Shown in pieces: positions 45,890 through 53,780 of a stretch of DNA of 64,000 nt; the stretch's first letter is position 1, and every line of letters begins with the position of its first letter. This DNA is from Candidatus Falkowbacteria bacterium S5_I03 (GTDB lineage: Bacteria; Patescibacteriota; Patescibacteriia; Patescibacteriales; UBA12465). Under the pieces are notes generated by a model, which saw only the letters and a list, made by a program, of their open reading frames with translations, ran no database searches and was not told the origin of the DNA. Location: the NCBI GenBank assembly GCA_019248265.1, contig JAEHGX010000004.1:9495-73494 (forward strand), given 5' to 3'. The position numbers and the translations under genes were made by a program.

Positions 45890-46732
45890 ATGAAAAAATC
45901 TCTGTTAATTATTATTGTTTTAATTGCTGCCAGTGCCTTTTTATTTTACACCAAAAAAGAAACACAAATTATTATTGAAGAGCCTAAAAAGTTAGAGACG
46001 GACGAAATAATATTAGCCAGTAGCACTGAACCTATTGTTTCAGAAACCGACGAAGAAGAACCCGCGCTAGAACCAATCGCCGCAAGCACAGAGACCGCAA
46101 CTACAACCACGACCAAAACGGAAAAAGAAACAGAAATCAAAACTACGGAAATTAATTTAGATGTGCCCTTTTCTTCACAGGCTCCATTTAGTGACTGGTC
46201 CGAGCCTTATCAAAATGCCTGCGAAGAAACGGCTAGTCTAATGGTTGCTAAATATTATCAAAAAGCCACACTGACGCCAGCAATCGCCAAACAAGAAATC
46301 CTGGATTTAGTCGCCTGGGAAAATAAAACTTTCGGCTATTACGAAGATACAACCGCCCAGGAAACGGCTCAAATTTTACAGGACTATTATAATTTTAAGC
46401 GCGTAGATGTCATCTATGATTTCAGCCTGAATGACCTTAAGGCGCAGCTTCTGGCCGGCCGACCAATAATCATTCCCGCCTCTGGACAGATGTTAAAAAA
46501 TCCTAATTTCAAGCAACCGGGACCGATTTACCACATGCTAGTTATAAAGGGCATAACAAAAACTGGTGACTTTATCACTAATGATAATGGCACCAGAAAA
46601 GGTCATAACTATATTTATAAGCCGGACATTCTTTACGCGGCAATTCATGACGCGCCTCAAGGCGGACACTCAATCAACAAGGCAGACTTAGATAGCAATC
46701 GGAAAGCAATGATTGTCGTTTATCCCAATTAA
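45890..46732 (+). CDS. secreted C39-like (papain-fold) peptidase domain protein
   Basis: Signal/TM, acidic Thr-rich linker, then DVPFSSQAPFSDWSEPYQNACEETASLMVAKYY (Cys nucleophile context) and a distal ..HMLVIKG. Confidence 0.5.
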   Translation: MKKSLLIIIVLIAASAFLFYTKKETQIIIEEPKKLETDEIILASSTEPIVSETDEEEPALEPIAASTETATTTTTKTEKETEIKTTEINLDVPFSSQAPFSDWSEPYQNACEETASLMVAKYYQKATLTPAIAKQEILDLVAWENKTFGYYEDTTAQETAQILQDYYNFKRVDVIYDFSLNDLKAQLLAGRPIIIPASGQMLKNPNFKQPGPIYHMLVIKGITKTGDFITNDNGTRKGHNYIYKPDILYAAIHDAPQGGHSINKADLDSNRKAMIVVYPN

Positions 46733-46747
46733 GGAATTTAACAAAGT

Positions 46748-47182
46748 TTATTTTATCTTAGAAGCTAAGGAAATAATTTTAGCCGATAAAGACTTGATTT
46801 CCGAAGCTGTTAATATTTTTCGCGGAATTCCGTGAGCATCAACATCACCAATACGGATATTCGGTATTAAATGATAATGCAGATGTTTGATGCTTTTATC
46901 AGAATCCGGCCCCTCTCTAACTAAAATTGAGAAACTGTCATATTTCAATTTTTTTAATATCTGTGCCCCGATTTTTACCAAAGCGGCAATATCTTTATCT
47001 TCCTGGGCGCTGAGATTAAAAAAAGAAACAACATGTCTTTTAGGAATAACCAGCAAATGATGTGAGTGATAAGGCGCCTTGGAATAAGTTAAATAAGCGC
47101 TTTCATTATCAATAAACATGCGCTTCTTGGCTTTGCAAAATGGGCAGGACTTAATCTTTTTTAAATAATCGTGGTAGAACAT
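46748..47182 (-). CDS. HIT family protein
   Basis: IKHLHYHLIP histidine triad and N-terminal CPFC. Confidence 0.75.
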   Translation of the reverse strand: MFYHDYLKKIKSCPFCKAKKRMFIDNESAYLTYSKAPYHSHHLLVIPKRHVVSFFNLSAQEDKDIAALVKIGAQILKKLKYDSFSILVREGPDSDKSIKHLHYHLIPNIRIGDVDAHGIPRKILTASEIKSLSAKIISLASKIK

Positions 47183-47235
47183 ATAATTTTTTAATACTTA
47201 AATATTATCATTAATAAAACGGAAAGTAAAAAAAT

Positions 47236-47268
47236 AAAAAAAACGGGTCTGGTTGAGATCCGTTTTTT
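47236..47268. terminator. bidirectional intrinsic terminator
   Basis: AAAAAA-AACGGGTCT-ggttg-AGATCCGTT-TTTT. Confidence 0.7.
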
Positions 47269-47297
47269 ATTATCCTTGAAGGCGGATAACTTGCCTT

Positions 47298-47909
47298 TTA
47301 ACAGTTCACATCAAATTCGCCAATCTCAGTCCAACCCCCTATTTCATCAGGGTTCATTTTTTGAAAATCTTCACGGCTGACAATTGTTCCTCGCTTCTTT
47401 TCTGGGTCAGAATAAAATATCTTCCCCAAGTCCTCCTTACAAATTTTCATTTCTCTTAGAAGACGCTTAGTCGAACCAAAGCTGTCTAATTTCATGTCCA
47501 ATAGCTGCCAGTTTTGCAGTGGCGGTTCTTGCGGATTTTGCAAAATTGCCATAACTGCTCCGGCATACAAAATGTCAGCTATTTCTTTTTTCTTTGGAGT
47601 GTCTGGCCCGCCAACAGCTTCATAAATCTTATTCATTAACAAATTAAGATTGAGCTTATCGCAGGGTAAGTTGGCATCTAATAAATCGTTGCCAGCTTTA
47701 AGATCATAGAGGACTAAAGCGCTGTACCGTTCTCTTTCGGGAAACCTCCTAATAAGTTCCAGAGTTTGAACCAAAACTTCGTGTGGGTCGGTTGATTCAA
47801 ATTGAATCAGGGTGCAGCGCTCGCCGAGCCAAATCTTTATTCTGAGCAAGGACTCAAAATCTTCTCCGGTTACTTCGGAGCCTAAAACAAAAATAATTCT
47901 TTTTTCCAT
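47298..47909 (-). CDS. hypothetical protein (203 aa)
   Basis: Last gene of the unit-A operon; no terminator lies between 47910 and 47983. No motif recognised. Confidence 0.5.
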   Translation of the reverse strand: MEKRIIFVLGSEVTGEDFESLLRIKIWLGERCTLIQFESTDPHEVLVQTLELIRRFPERERYSALVLYDLKAGNDLLDANLPCDKLNLNLLMNKIYEAVGGPDTPKKKEIADILYAGAVMAILQNPQEPPLQNWQLLDMKLDSFGSTKRLLREMKICKEDLGKIFYSDPEKKRGTIVSREDFQKMNPDEIGGWTEIGEFDVNC

Positions 47910-47983
47910 GACTAATTGATTTTACTAACGTTTCTTTTGTTTATTCCATACCGATTTTAAATTTTGCCTCAACGCTAAAATCC

Positions 47984-48520
47984 TTAAAACACTGTTCGCA
48001 AAAAATTTGCAATCTTAGCCCAAGTAATTCGCCAACGCTTGGCGTAGACATAAATTTCCGCGTTAACGTTATCGTGGTCGTAATGCCCGCGATAAACAAA
48101 ACCGGAGTTTTGCAAATTTTTAACTGGCTGATTATTCCCGTCTTTAACTAAAGTGCGGATTTTAAACAAACCATTTTGCAGGCAAAATTTAAGGCGATGC
48201 TCAATTAATATCCGATGATATCCGCGCTGGCGAAAATTCGGAAAAACATAAGCATTGGTCAAAACCGCCACCTCAGCTTTAAAATAAAAAGCTTGATTGC
48301 CATCCTGGTCGTAGAAACTAAGACCGCCTAAAGCTGCCAACTGACCATTCTTGATAACGGCAAAAAACTTACTGCCTTTTTTCTGCCACTCGCAACAATC
48401 GTGAATATTGTTCTGATAAAAGAACTCTCGATCATGAGCGGCAAAGAAGGCTAGGGTCCGTCTTAGCTCGCCGAGGCTTAGCTCGGAAATTTCTGAAGCT
48501 CGGACATTAGAGGTGTTCAT
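47984..48520 (-). CDS. GNAT family N-acetyltransferase
   Basis: ..YVFPNFRQRGYHRILIE.. (acetyl-CoA loop). Overlaps the upstream gene by 4 nt. Confidence 0.7.
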   Translation of the reverse strand: MNTSNVRASEISELSLGELRRTLAFFAAHDREFFYQNNIHDCCEWQKKGSKFFAVIKNGQLAALGGLSFYDQDGNQAFYFKAEVAVLTNAYVFPNFRQRGYHRILIEHRLKFCLQNGLFKIRTLVKDGNNQPVKNLQNSGFVYRGHYDHDNVNAEIYVYAKRWRITWAKIANFLRTVF

Positions 48521-49431
48521 TGTTTTCGGAAATTAAAATCCGATTCTAACACCGGCTCGATGGCCATCAAAGTAATGTAGGTTGTTTCTTCGCCATCGAT
48601 TGCGGCCAACATGATGCTCATGGAATTTAGGCCGAGAAAATATTCCCGCCCCTCAAAAGTGACTACCGCCGAACCGCCATACATGCCGATTATTTCTTCA
48701 GACATAATATTGGGGATACGGACAACATACATCCCTGATTTTGATTTAGCATTTTCTTCGGCGCCTTCGTAAGGATAGCGAGCAGAACGCTGAATGAGTT
48801 TTTGATCATGCGGATTAAGATAATAGACCGTCCCTCTAATTGTGTAGCGATAGACTTGTTTATCTCCGCGAAAACAATTAAGCAACTTAATTGTGCAAGG
48901 AGAATCATCCAGCCTGGGATTAACTTTTTCCAGGAGCGGATAAGAAATCGGAGTCTGTTCAAAATTATTAGCAGCAAACATGATTAGGTCTCCCTTAGAA
49001 AAAATTTTAAATTCATTTTGCTTTAAAGCGTCTCCTAAATCTAAATTTTCGCCACGCATGCGTTTAGGCATAACGGCGTAAGCGGAGCTATCAACTGCCA
49101 ACAAAGTTAGGTTGCAATGATTCATCAGATTCCAAATACTATCCTGTCCTTGGGATAAGCTCCTGAGATTAGGAATAGCCGTCAAAGCCTTATTATCTTC
49201 CGGCCAAGTGACCGCAAAAACTAGACTTCCAGGAAAATCCTGAATCATTTCCTCGTTCAAAACTTCCTTAGCGATTGAAGCTTCGGAAAAGTTAGTAATT
49301 CGGTTGATGCTCTCCAGAGAGAATTGGGGCACAATCTTTTCTGTCAAAGAAAACATGAAAATAACTATGGCGATGATTAAGCACACGCCAGTAATCATAG
49401 CTAAAGGACGTAAAGGTTTTTTTGCTTCCAT
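48517..49431 (-). CDS. hypothetical membrane-anchored protein (304 aa)
   Basis: N-terminal TM PLAMITGVCLIIAIVIFMF. First gene behind promoter module A. Confidence 0.55.
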   Translation of the reverse strand: MEAKKPLRPLAMITGVCLIIAIVIFMFSLTEKIVPQFSLESINRITNFSEASIAKEVLNEEMIQDFPGSLVFAVTWPEDNKALTAIPNLRSLSQGQDSIWNLMNHCNLTLLAVDSSAYAVMPKRMRGENLDLGDALKQNEFKIFSKGDLIMFAANNFEQTPISYPLLEKVNPRLDDSPCTIKLLNCFRGDKQVYRYTIRGTVYYLNPHDQKLIQRSARYPYEGAEENAKSKSGMYVVRIPNIMSEEIIGMYGGSAVVTFEGREYFLGLNSMSIMLAAIDGEETTYITLMAIEPVLESDFNFRKQ

Positions 49432-49510
49432 TTTAGAGAATTTTTATTGGTGAATATTAATTTTTTAAGGTAACAAAAAACAATACCACAATGTATTGTT
49501 TTTGTAAATA
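49432..49510 (-). promoter_or_regulatory. copy A of the shared promoter/leader module
   Basis: Minus strand: TTTACA (49508-49503), N17, TGgTATTGT (-10 at 49485-49480), then TTTTTTGTTACCTTAAAAAATTAATATTCACCAA..ATG. Confidence 0.6.
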
Positions 49511-49567
49511 GATATTTAATAAGCGGCTAGGGAGACAAAAAACAATAATTTATGCTAAAATATTTAT

Positions 49568-50029
49568 ATGCTTAATCAAAAGAATAACAAAAGGCTATCT
49601 GCACTAATAAAAATAAGGTCTGGTAACCAGGCTGATTTCCGTTTTATTTGTGCCTTAAGCAGGCGCAACATGGAAAAATACACTAAGGAAATTTGGGGCA
49701 ACTGGGATGGTTCAAGGTTCAAAGCGAATCTTAATCCAAAGCGGCTAAAATTAGTAATAAAAAACGGCAGACGAGCAGGCTTCTTCGATATAGAGACTAA
49801 AGGAGCAGAATCTTATCTGCATAATATTCAGCTATCGCGCCCTCTACAAGGCAAGGGATTGGGAAAAATGTTAATGTCAAAAATAGAGGCGGCTGAAAAA
49901 AAAGCGGGCGCCAAAAAAATCACAGCCAACGTCTTTAAAAACAACCCCGCTAAAGAATTTTATAAAAAAATCGGCTACAAGATAATAAAACAAAAAGGGG
50001 CCGTCCTAACTATCGGCAAAGATTTATAA
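49568..50029 (+). CDS. GNAT family N-acetyltransferase
   Basis: ..LQGKGLGKMLM.. acetyl-CoA loop; 153 aa. Confidence 0.75.
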   Translation: MLNQKNNKRLSALIKIRSGNQADFRFICALSRRNMEKYTKEIWGNWDGSRFKANLNPKRLKLVIKNGRRAGFFDIETKGAESYLHNIQLSRPLQGKGLGKMLMSKIEAAEKKAGAKKITANVFKNNPAKEFYKKIGYKIIKQKGAVLTIGKDL

Positions 50030-50617
50030 ATTTTTAAAGAAAATGGATTTAGCGGCGTTCACTAGTCCCTTTCTTATTTCAACATCATAAATAGCAAAAA
50101 ATTTAGATTTAATTCCTTGAAAAGATTTTTGATTATGATAGTTTAGCTTGTTAACTGCTACACAAACGGACGAAACCTTAATTCCTAACTTATCAAAAAC
50201 TTTTACGGCTGCCTCGATACTGCCGCCCGTAGAATAAAGACAATCAACAATCGCGACTTTTCTCACTTTAAGATTATCCAAAGAAAAAAATACATCCCGG
50301 CTATAATAACCGGTTTTTTGTTTAAACTTAATAATTTTCTTAAGATTATAGTGAAAAGGTTTTGCGCAGACAAATGGCTTACCAAGCAAAGCGGCAACTT
50401 TATAAGCCAAAAAGGCGCCATCCATTTCAAAAGAAAAAATTAAATCCGCTTCCCCGCCTATCTTTTTAGCCATCTGCTTGGCCAAATAATCTAGCTCCTT
50501 TGGGTTAGTGGGCACTAATCCCTTATAAGGATAAACGAAATATTCGTAAGCGTTATCGGTTTTATAAACCGGCGCACGCTCTAAATTCTTTCTTATTGTT
50601 TCAAAAGTATTAGCCAT
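50024..50617 (-). CDS. phosphoribosyltransferase (type I PRTase fold) family protein
   Basis: PRPP-binding-like loop VAIVDCLYSTGGS. The start is taken at MANTFE (50617), 1 nt after the upstream stop. Confidence 0.65.
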   Translation of the reverse strand: MANTFETIRKNLERAPVYKTDNAYEYFVYPYKGLVPTNPKELDYLAKQMAKKIGGEADLIFSFEMDGAFLAYKVAALLGKPFVCAKPFHYNLKKIIKFKQKTGYYSRDVFFSLDNLKVRKVAIVDCLYSTGGSIEAAVKVFDKLGIKVSSVCVAVNKLNYHNQKSFQGIKSKFFAIYDVEIRKGLVNAAKSIFFKNL

Positions 50618-50618
50618 A

Positions 50619-51401
50619 TTATTTTTTAATATTTTGCTTATAATAATCAACCAGAGCGCCCAAAACTAAAGGCAAGATAATACTAAAAGCGGCCTCTAAT
50701 TTCTGTCGATGATCACGACGAGTCGGAACACCTTTTAAATCGTCTTCACCTTTTTCATGCGCCGGCAAATCTACCGGAATATTAACCGCAGCAACTGGAA
50801 TTTTTCTAAATTGACAGACAGAAAAGATGGCCGCCGTATCCATTTCAATAGTTAACACGCCAAGTTGGGCGAGTTCTCGTAAAAGGGCGGGATTTTCACG
50901 CCAGCGCCCGTCAGTGGTAACTGTAATACCGAATTGAAAAGGGAGATTATTTTTTTTAAAAGAAGTGGCTAAAGCGGCATTCAATCCTGCATCGGAAATA
51001 ATCGGAAAACCGGCCGGCAGATAATGCTTAGATGTTCCTTCATCACTAAAACAAGCGGTACTAATAACCGGATGAAATAATTTTAAATTAGCAGAAAGTC
51101 CGCCGCAAGTTCCAACACGAACAATCGCCTTGGCTCCATAAACCCGCAAACGCTCGGTTATGCAGGCCGACATGCTTGCGCCCCGATCGGCAATACAAGC
51201 AATATCTAAACCGCCGAGGTTGATATGTAAAACCTCATCTTGACTATGATCATAAGAAATACGAAGACTTTTCGGATATAAGCGCTGTAATAAATCAAGC
51301 CAAAAAGGAGTTTCTAAAACCAAACCGATATCTGTTTTCCTTTTTACTTCAATACCATTTTTACGCATAATTTTATTTTTAAAATAAAAGGCGCCAAACA
51401 A
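50619..51401 (-). CDS. nucleoside phosphorylase-fold (PNP_UDP_1 family) protein
   Basis: RVGTCGGLS, IEMDTAA. An alternative start is MRKNG at 51368. Confidence 0.65.
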   Translation of the reverse strand: MFGAFYFKNKIMRKNGIEVKRKTDIGLVLETPFWLDLLQRLYPKSLRISYDHSQDEVLHINLGGLDIACIADRGASMSACITERLRVYGAKAIVRVGTCGGLSANLKLFHPVISTACFSDEGTSKHYLPAGFPIISDAGLNAALATSFKKNNLPFQFGITVTTDGRWRENPALLRELAQLGVLTIEMDTAAIFSVCQFRKIPVAAVNIPVDLPAHEKGEDDLKGVPTRRDHRQKLEAAFSIILPLVLGALVDYYKQNIKK

Positions 51402-51413
51402 ACAGCGCCCTTT

Positions 51414-52400
51414 TTAAGTTATTAATTTAATCGCATTCTGAAAAAAAATTGCATTACGATTATAATCGCTATCAGCCCCAGAGGCTTGCAAGGCGGCTCT
51501 AATCGCCGAGAGAGATTGCAGAAAAACCATGTTTCCTGGCTTTAGTGCCAATTTAGAAAACCTAGAATCAAGCCAGGGCCAAGCAAATCCCGGTAAAAAC
51601 AAGGTTTGTTCTTCGTGTCTGATAAATTCCCCCCTTAAATACCCGAAGGGGGCGTCACTCCCAAATATAATTCTCTTACAGCCAATAATCTTAACTGCCG
51701 CCAAAACCGACTCGGGGTCAGTAACCATGGCGGTATCAAAGAAAACATTGCTAAAGGGTCGGAGTGTTTCCAGCGCAGACGGCAACTGTTCATTAAATAA
51801 GAAAGCGCCGCCCAAATGAGCAATAATAAAATTAATCCATCGGTATTTATTAGCTAAAAATGCCAACTCCGAGGCGTTCTGCCAAACATTCTGCGGCAGA
51901 TGAATAATAAGAAACCGGTTCCCAAAATTAAGCCATTCCCAGGTCTCTTTAGAAAAATGCTTAGAAATTTCATCGTTCCCTCCCTGTGTTCGGATTTTTG
52001 TCTTAATTCCGTTAACATTTCGGAAGGGCTGCCAGTCAACCTGGTTTACCAAAGAAGATGTTAAACAAGGAATAGGATAAATTTCCATCGGCCTTGGTCT
52101 GAGACGATAAAGATTAAAATTATTCTGACTTTCATCAGGAGAAAATGGTAAGCCGAAAGCCACCGCCTGATAAAAAGATGGAACAAAATCAAACTTTTCT
52201 AACACTAATCGATGAGTATTAAGATCAAACCAATTAAATGTCTGCCCCGGATTTTTGGCTGAATGATTAAATATATCCAACCCGTCATTATTAAGATGAA
52301 GATGAAAATGACAATCAATAATACGATGAGGCAACCAATTCTTTAAACCGGCAAACAATTCTAAATCGTTCGCCATCGGCAATAATTTTGATACATCCAT
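51414..52400 (-). CDS. amidohydrolase-fold (TIM-barrel metal-dependent hydrolase) protein
   Basis: IIDCHFHLHL (HxH), ..IIAHLGG.., ..FGSDAPF. Confidence 0.65.
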   Translation of the reverse strand: MDVSKLLPMANDLELFAGLKNWLPHRIIDCHFHLHLNNDGLDIFNHSAKNPGQTFNWFDLNTHRLVLEKFDFVPSFYQAVAFGLPFSPDESQNNFNLYRLRPRPMEIYPIPCLTSSLVNQVDWQPFRNVNGIKTKIRTQGGNDEISKHFSKETWEWLNFGNRFLIIHLPQNVWQNASELAFLANKYRWINFIIAHLGGAFLFNEQLPSALETLRPFSNVFFDTAMVTDPESVLAAVKIIGCKRIIFGSDAPFGYLRGEFIRHEEQTLFLPGFAWPWLDSRFSKLALKPGNMVFLQSLSAIRAALQASGADSDYNRNAIFFQNAIKLIT

Positions 52401-52434
52401 GATTATTTTGTTTTTAAAGAAATTACTATTTAAA

Positions 52435-53487
52435 TTACTTACTATACTTCCAACAATAAGGATCTTCAGCTAACAAATCATTATTAATAAGCAAGGCTCT
52501 AGCTCGACAACCGCCGCAGATAAAACGATCGCAACAAGAACCGCAGTGGCCGGAGTATTCCCGGCTCAAGAGCTGTTTTACTCCTTTAATTTTTTCTCGG
52601 TCATTCCAAATATCAACTAATGACTGCTGATAAAAATCACCTAAAACTATATCCTGGAGAAAAGTACAAATTCCAATTTTACCGTCACATCTAACATGAA
52701 TCATGTCCTGGCCAGCTGTACAGCCACTAATCACTTTACCAGAATAAACATCGCCGAACTCTTTTAATTTAGCCATAATCTTAGGATCAGCCAAATGATA
52801 AAGAGGGTCCTGGCAATTTATTACCATCTTAATTTTTCTTTTTTCCCTCTGAACGCTCAGCTCTTCTAAGAATTTGCGATATTCTTCCGGTGTAATAACA
52901 AAAATTGGATTGGCGCCATTGGCGCGCCCGGTAAAAATAGCCGCTCTGGCTAGGAAAGTATCTACTCCAAGTTCCTCTAACATGTCTAAGGTTGAGGATA
53001 AATCATTCATATTAAGCCGAGTGACCGTGAATTCCACATGGACTTTTATACCCAGCTTCTTTAAGATTTTTATAGAATTAATTGCTTTCTGCAAGGCGCC
53101 ATCTAAATTTCTGATTTTATCGCTTATTTCCGGCTTGGAGCCATCCAGACCAACGCCGAAAGAATAGAGGCCGGCATCTTTAAGTTTCTTAGCCAAGTCC
53201 TCAGTAAGTAATAAGGAATTACTTTGAATTCTAACCTTAATCCCTTGTTTAGTTGCTTCCTTAACAATCTCTACAATATCAGGTCGCAAAAGAGGCTCAC
53301 CGCCAGTAAGGGCGAGAGTCGGACAGCCAAGCTCTTTCAATTCTCGAATGAGCCTAACCATGTCCTTCCCTTTTATTAAATTATTCTCTAAAGTCTGAGG
53401 CGAAGCGGCTGCACGACAATGGATACAACACAAATTACATCTTTGAGTAAGTTCCCAAAGAGCGTAGTGCAAATTATTATTTGCCAT
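52435..53487 (-). CDS. radical SAM enzyme with a C-terminal SPASM-type auxiliary-cluster domain
   Basis: WELTQRCNLCCIHC (CX3CX2C), GGEPLL, and C-terminal GCTAG..CDGKIGIC.. and CGSCCDRFICGGCRA. Confidence 0.85.
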   Translation of the reverse strand: MANNNLHYALWELTQRCNLCCIHCRAAASPQTLENNLIKGKDMVRLIRELKELGCPTLALTGGEPLLRPDIVEIVKEATKQGIKVRIQSNSLLLTEDLAKKLKDAGLYSFGVGLDGSKPEISDKIRNLDGALQKAINSIKILKKLGIKVHVEFTVTRLNMNDLSSTLDMLEELGVDTFLARAAIFTGRANGANPIFVITPEEYRKFLEELSVQREKRKIKMVINCQDPLYHLADPKIMAKLKEFGDVYSGKVISGCTAGQDMIHVRCDGKIGICTFLQDIVLGDFYQQSLVDIWNDREKIKGVKQLLSREYSGHCGSCCDRFICGGCRARALLINNDLLAEDPYCWKYSK

Positions 53488-53503
53488 ATTAAATTATACA
53501 AAA

Positions 53504-53531
53504 ATGACTTATTAATTTCTTAATAAGTCAT
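53504..53531 (-). terminator. intercistronic hairpin plus U-run between the peptide gene and the rSAM gene (probably a leaky terminator)
   Basis: Minus strand: ATGACTTATTAA-gaaa-TTAATAAGTCAT (12-bp perfect stem) followed by TTTTGT. Confidence 0.55.
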
Positions 53532-53537
53532 CGCTAT

Positions 53538-53651
53538 TTAGTCAAACAGACAGGAGCATTCTCTAACAACAATAGTGGAGGTGTCTTTATCAGACTCAGT
53601 TGTTGTGCCCAGCCATTCTTGCTGAACAGTTGTTGCTTGAACTTCTTGCAT
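53538..53651 (-). CDS. candidate RiPP-type precursor peptide (37 aa)
   Basis: Below the ORF-track cut-off. ATG at 53651, TAA at 53540-53538: MQEVQATTVQQEWLGTTTESDKDTSTIVVRECSCLFD. Own promoter upstream, rSAM/SPASM gene 50 nt downstream. Confidence 0.55.
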   Translation of the reverse strand: MQEVQATTVQQEWLGTTTESDKDTSTIVVRECSCLFD

Positions 53652-53676
53652 ATATTTTTTATTAAATTATAATTTT

Positions 53677-53704
53677 ATTTTAATACTTGCAATATTTTTG
53701 TCAA
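53677..53704 (-). promoter_or_regulatory. sigma70-type promoter for the peptide-rSAM operon
   Basis: Minus strand: TTGACA (53704-53699), 16-nt spacer, TAAAAT (53682-53677). Confidence 0.55.
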
Positions 53705-53705
53705 G

Positions 53706-53734
53706 TTGACAGAAACATTAAATAATTATAAAAT
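53706..53734 (+). promoter_or_regulatory. sigma70-type promoter for the PheS-like gene
   Basis: TTGACA (53706-53711), 17-nt spacer, TAAAAT (53729-53734). The two -35 boxes form the palindrome TGTCAAgTTGACA. Confidence 0.55.
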
Positions 53735-53780
53735 AATTTGAATATTTAAATTTGGACATTAACAATAAAAAACCATAATC

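Noticed and set aside
52435-53487. The radical SAM/SPASM enzyme as an AhbD/NirJ-type heme or cofactor biosynthesis enzyme. The N-terminal WELTxRCNLxCxHC region resembles those families.
   Set aside because: No other alternative-heme or d1-heme genes are present. The adjacent promoter-proximal Cys-containing small ORF and the intercistronic hairpin favour a peptide substrate. The alternative is kept as the explicit refutation test for the main finding.
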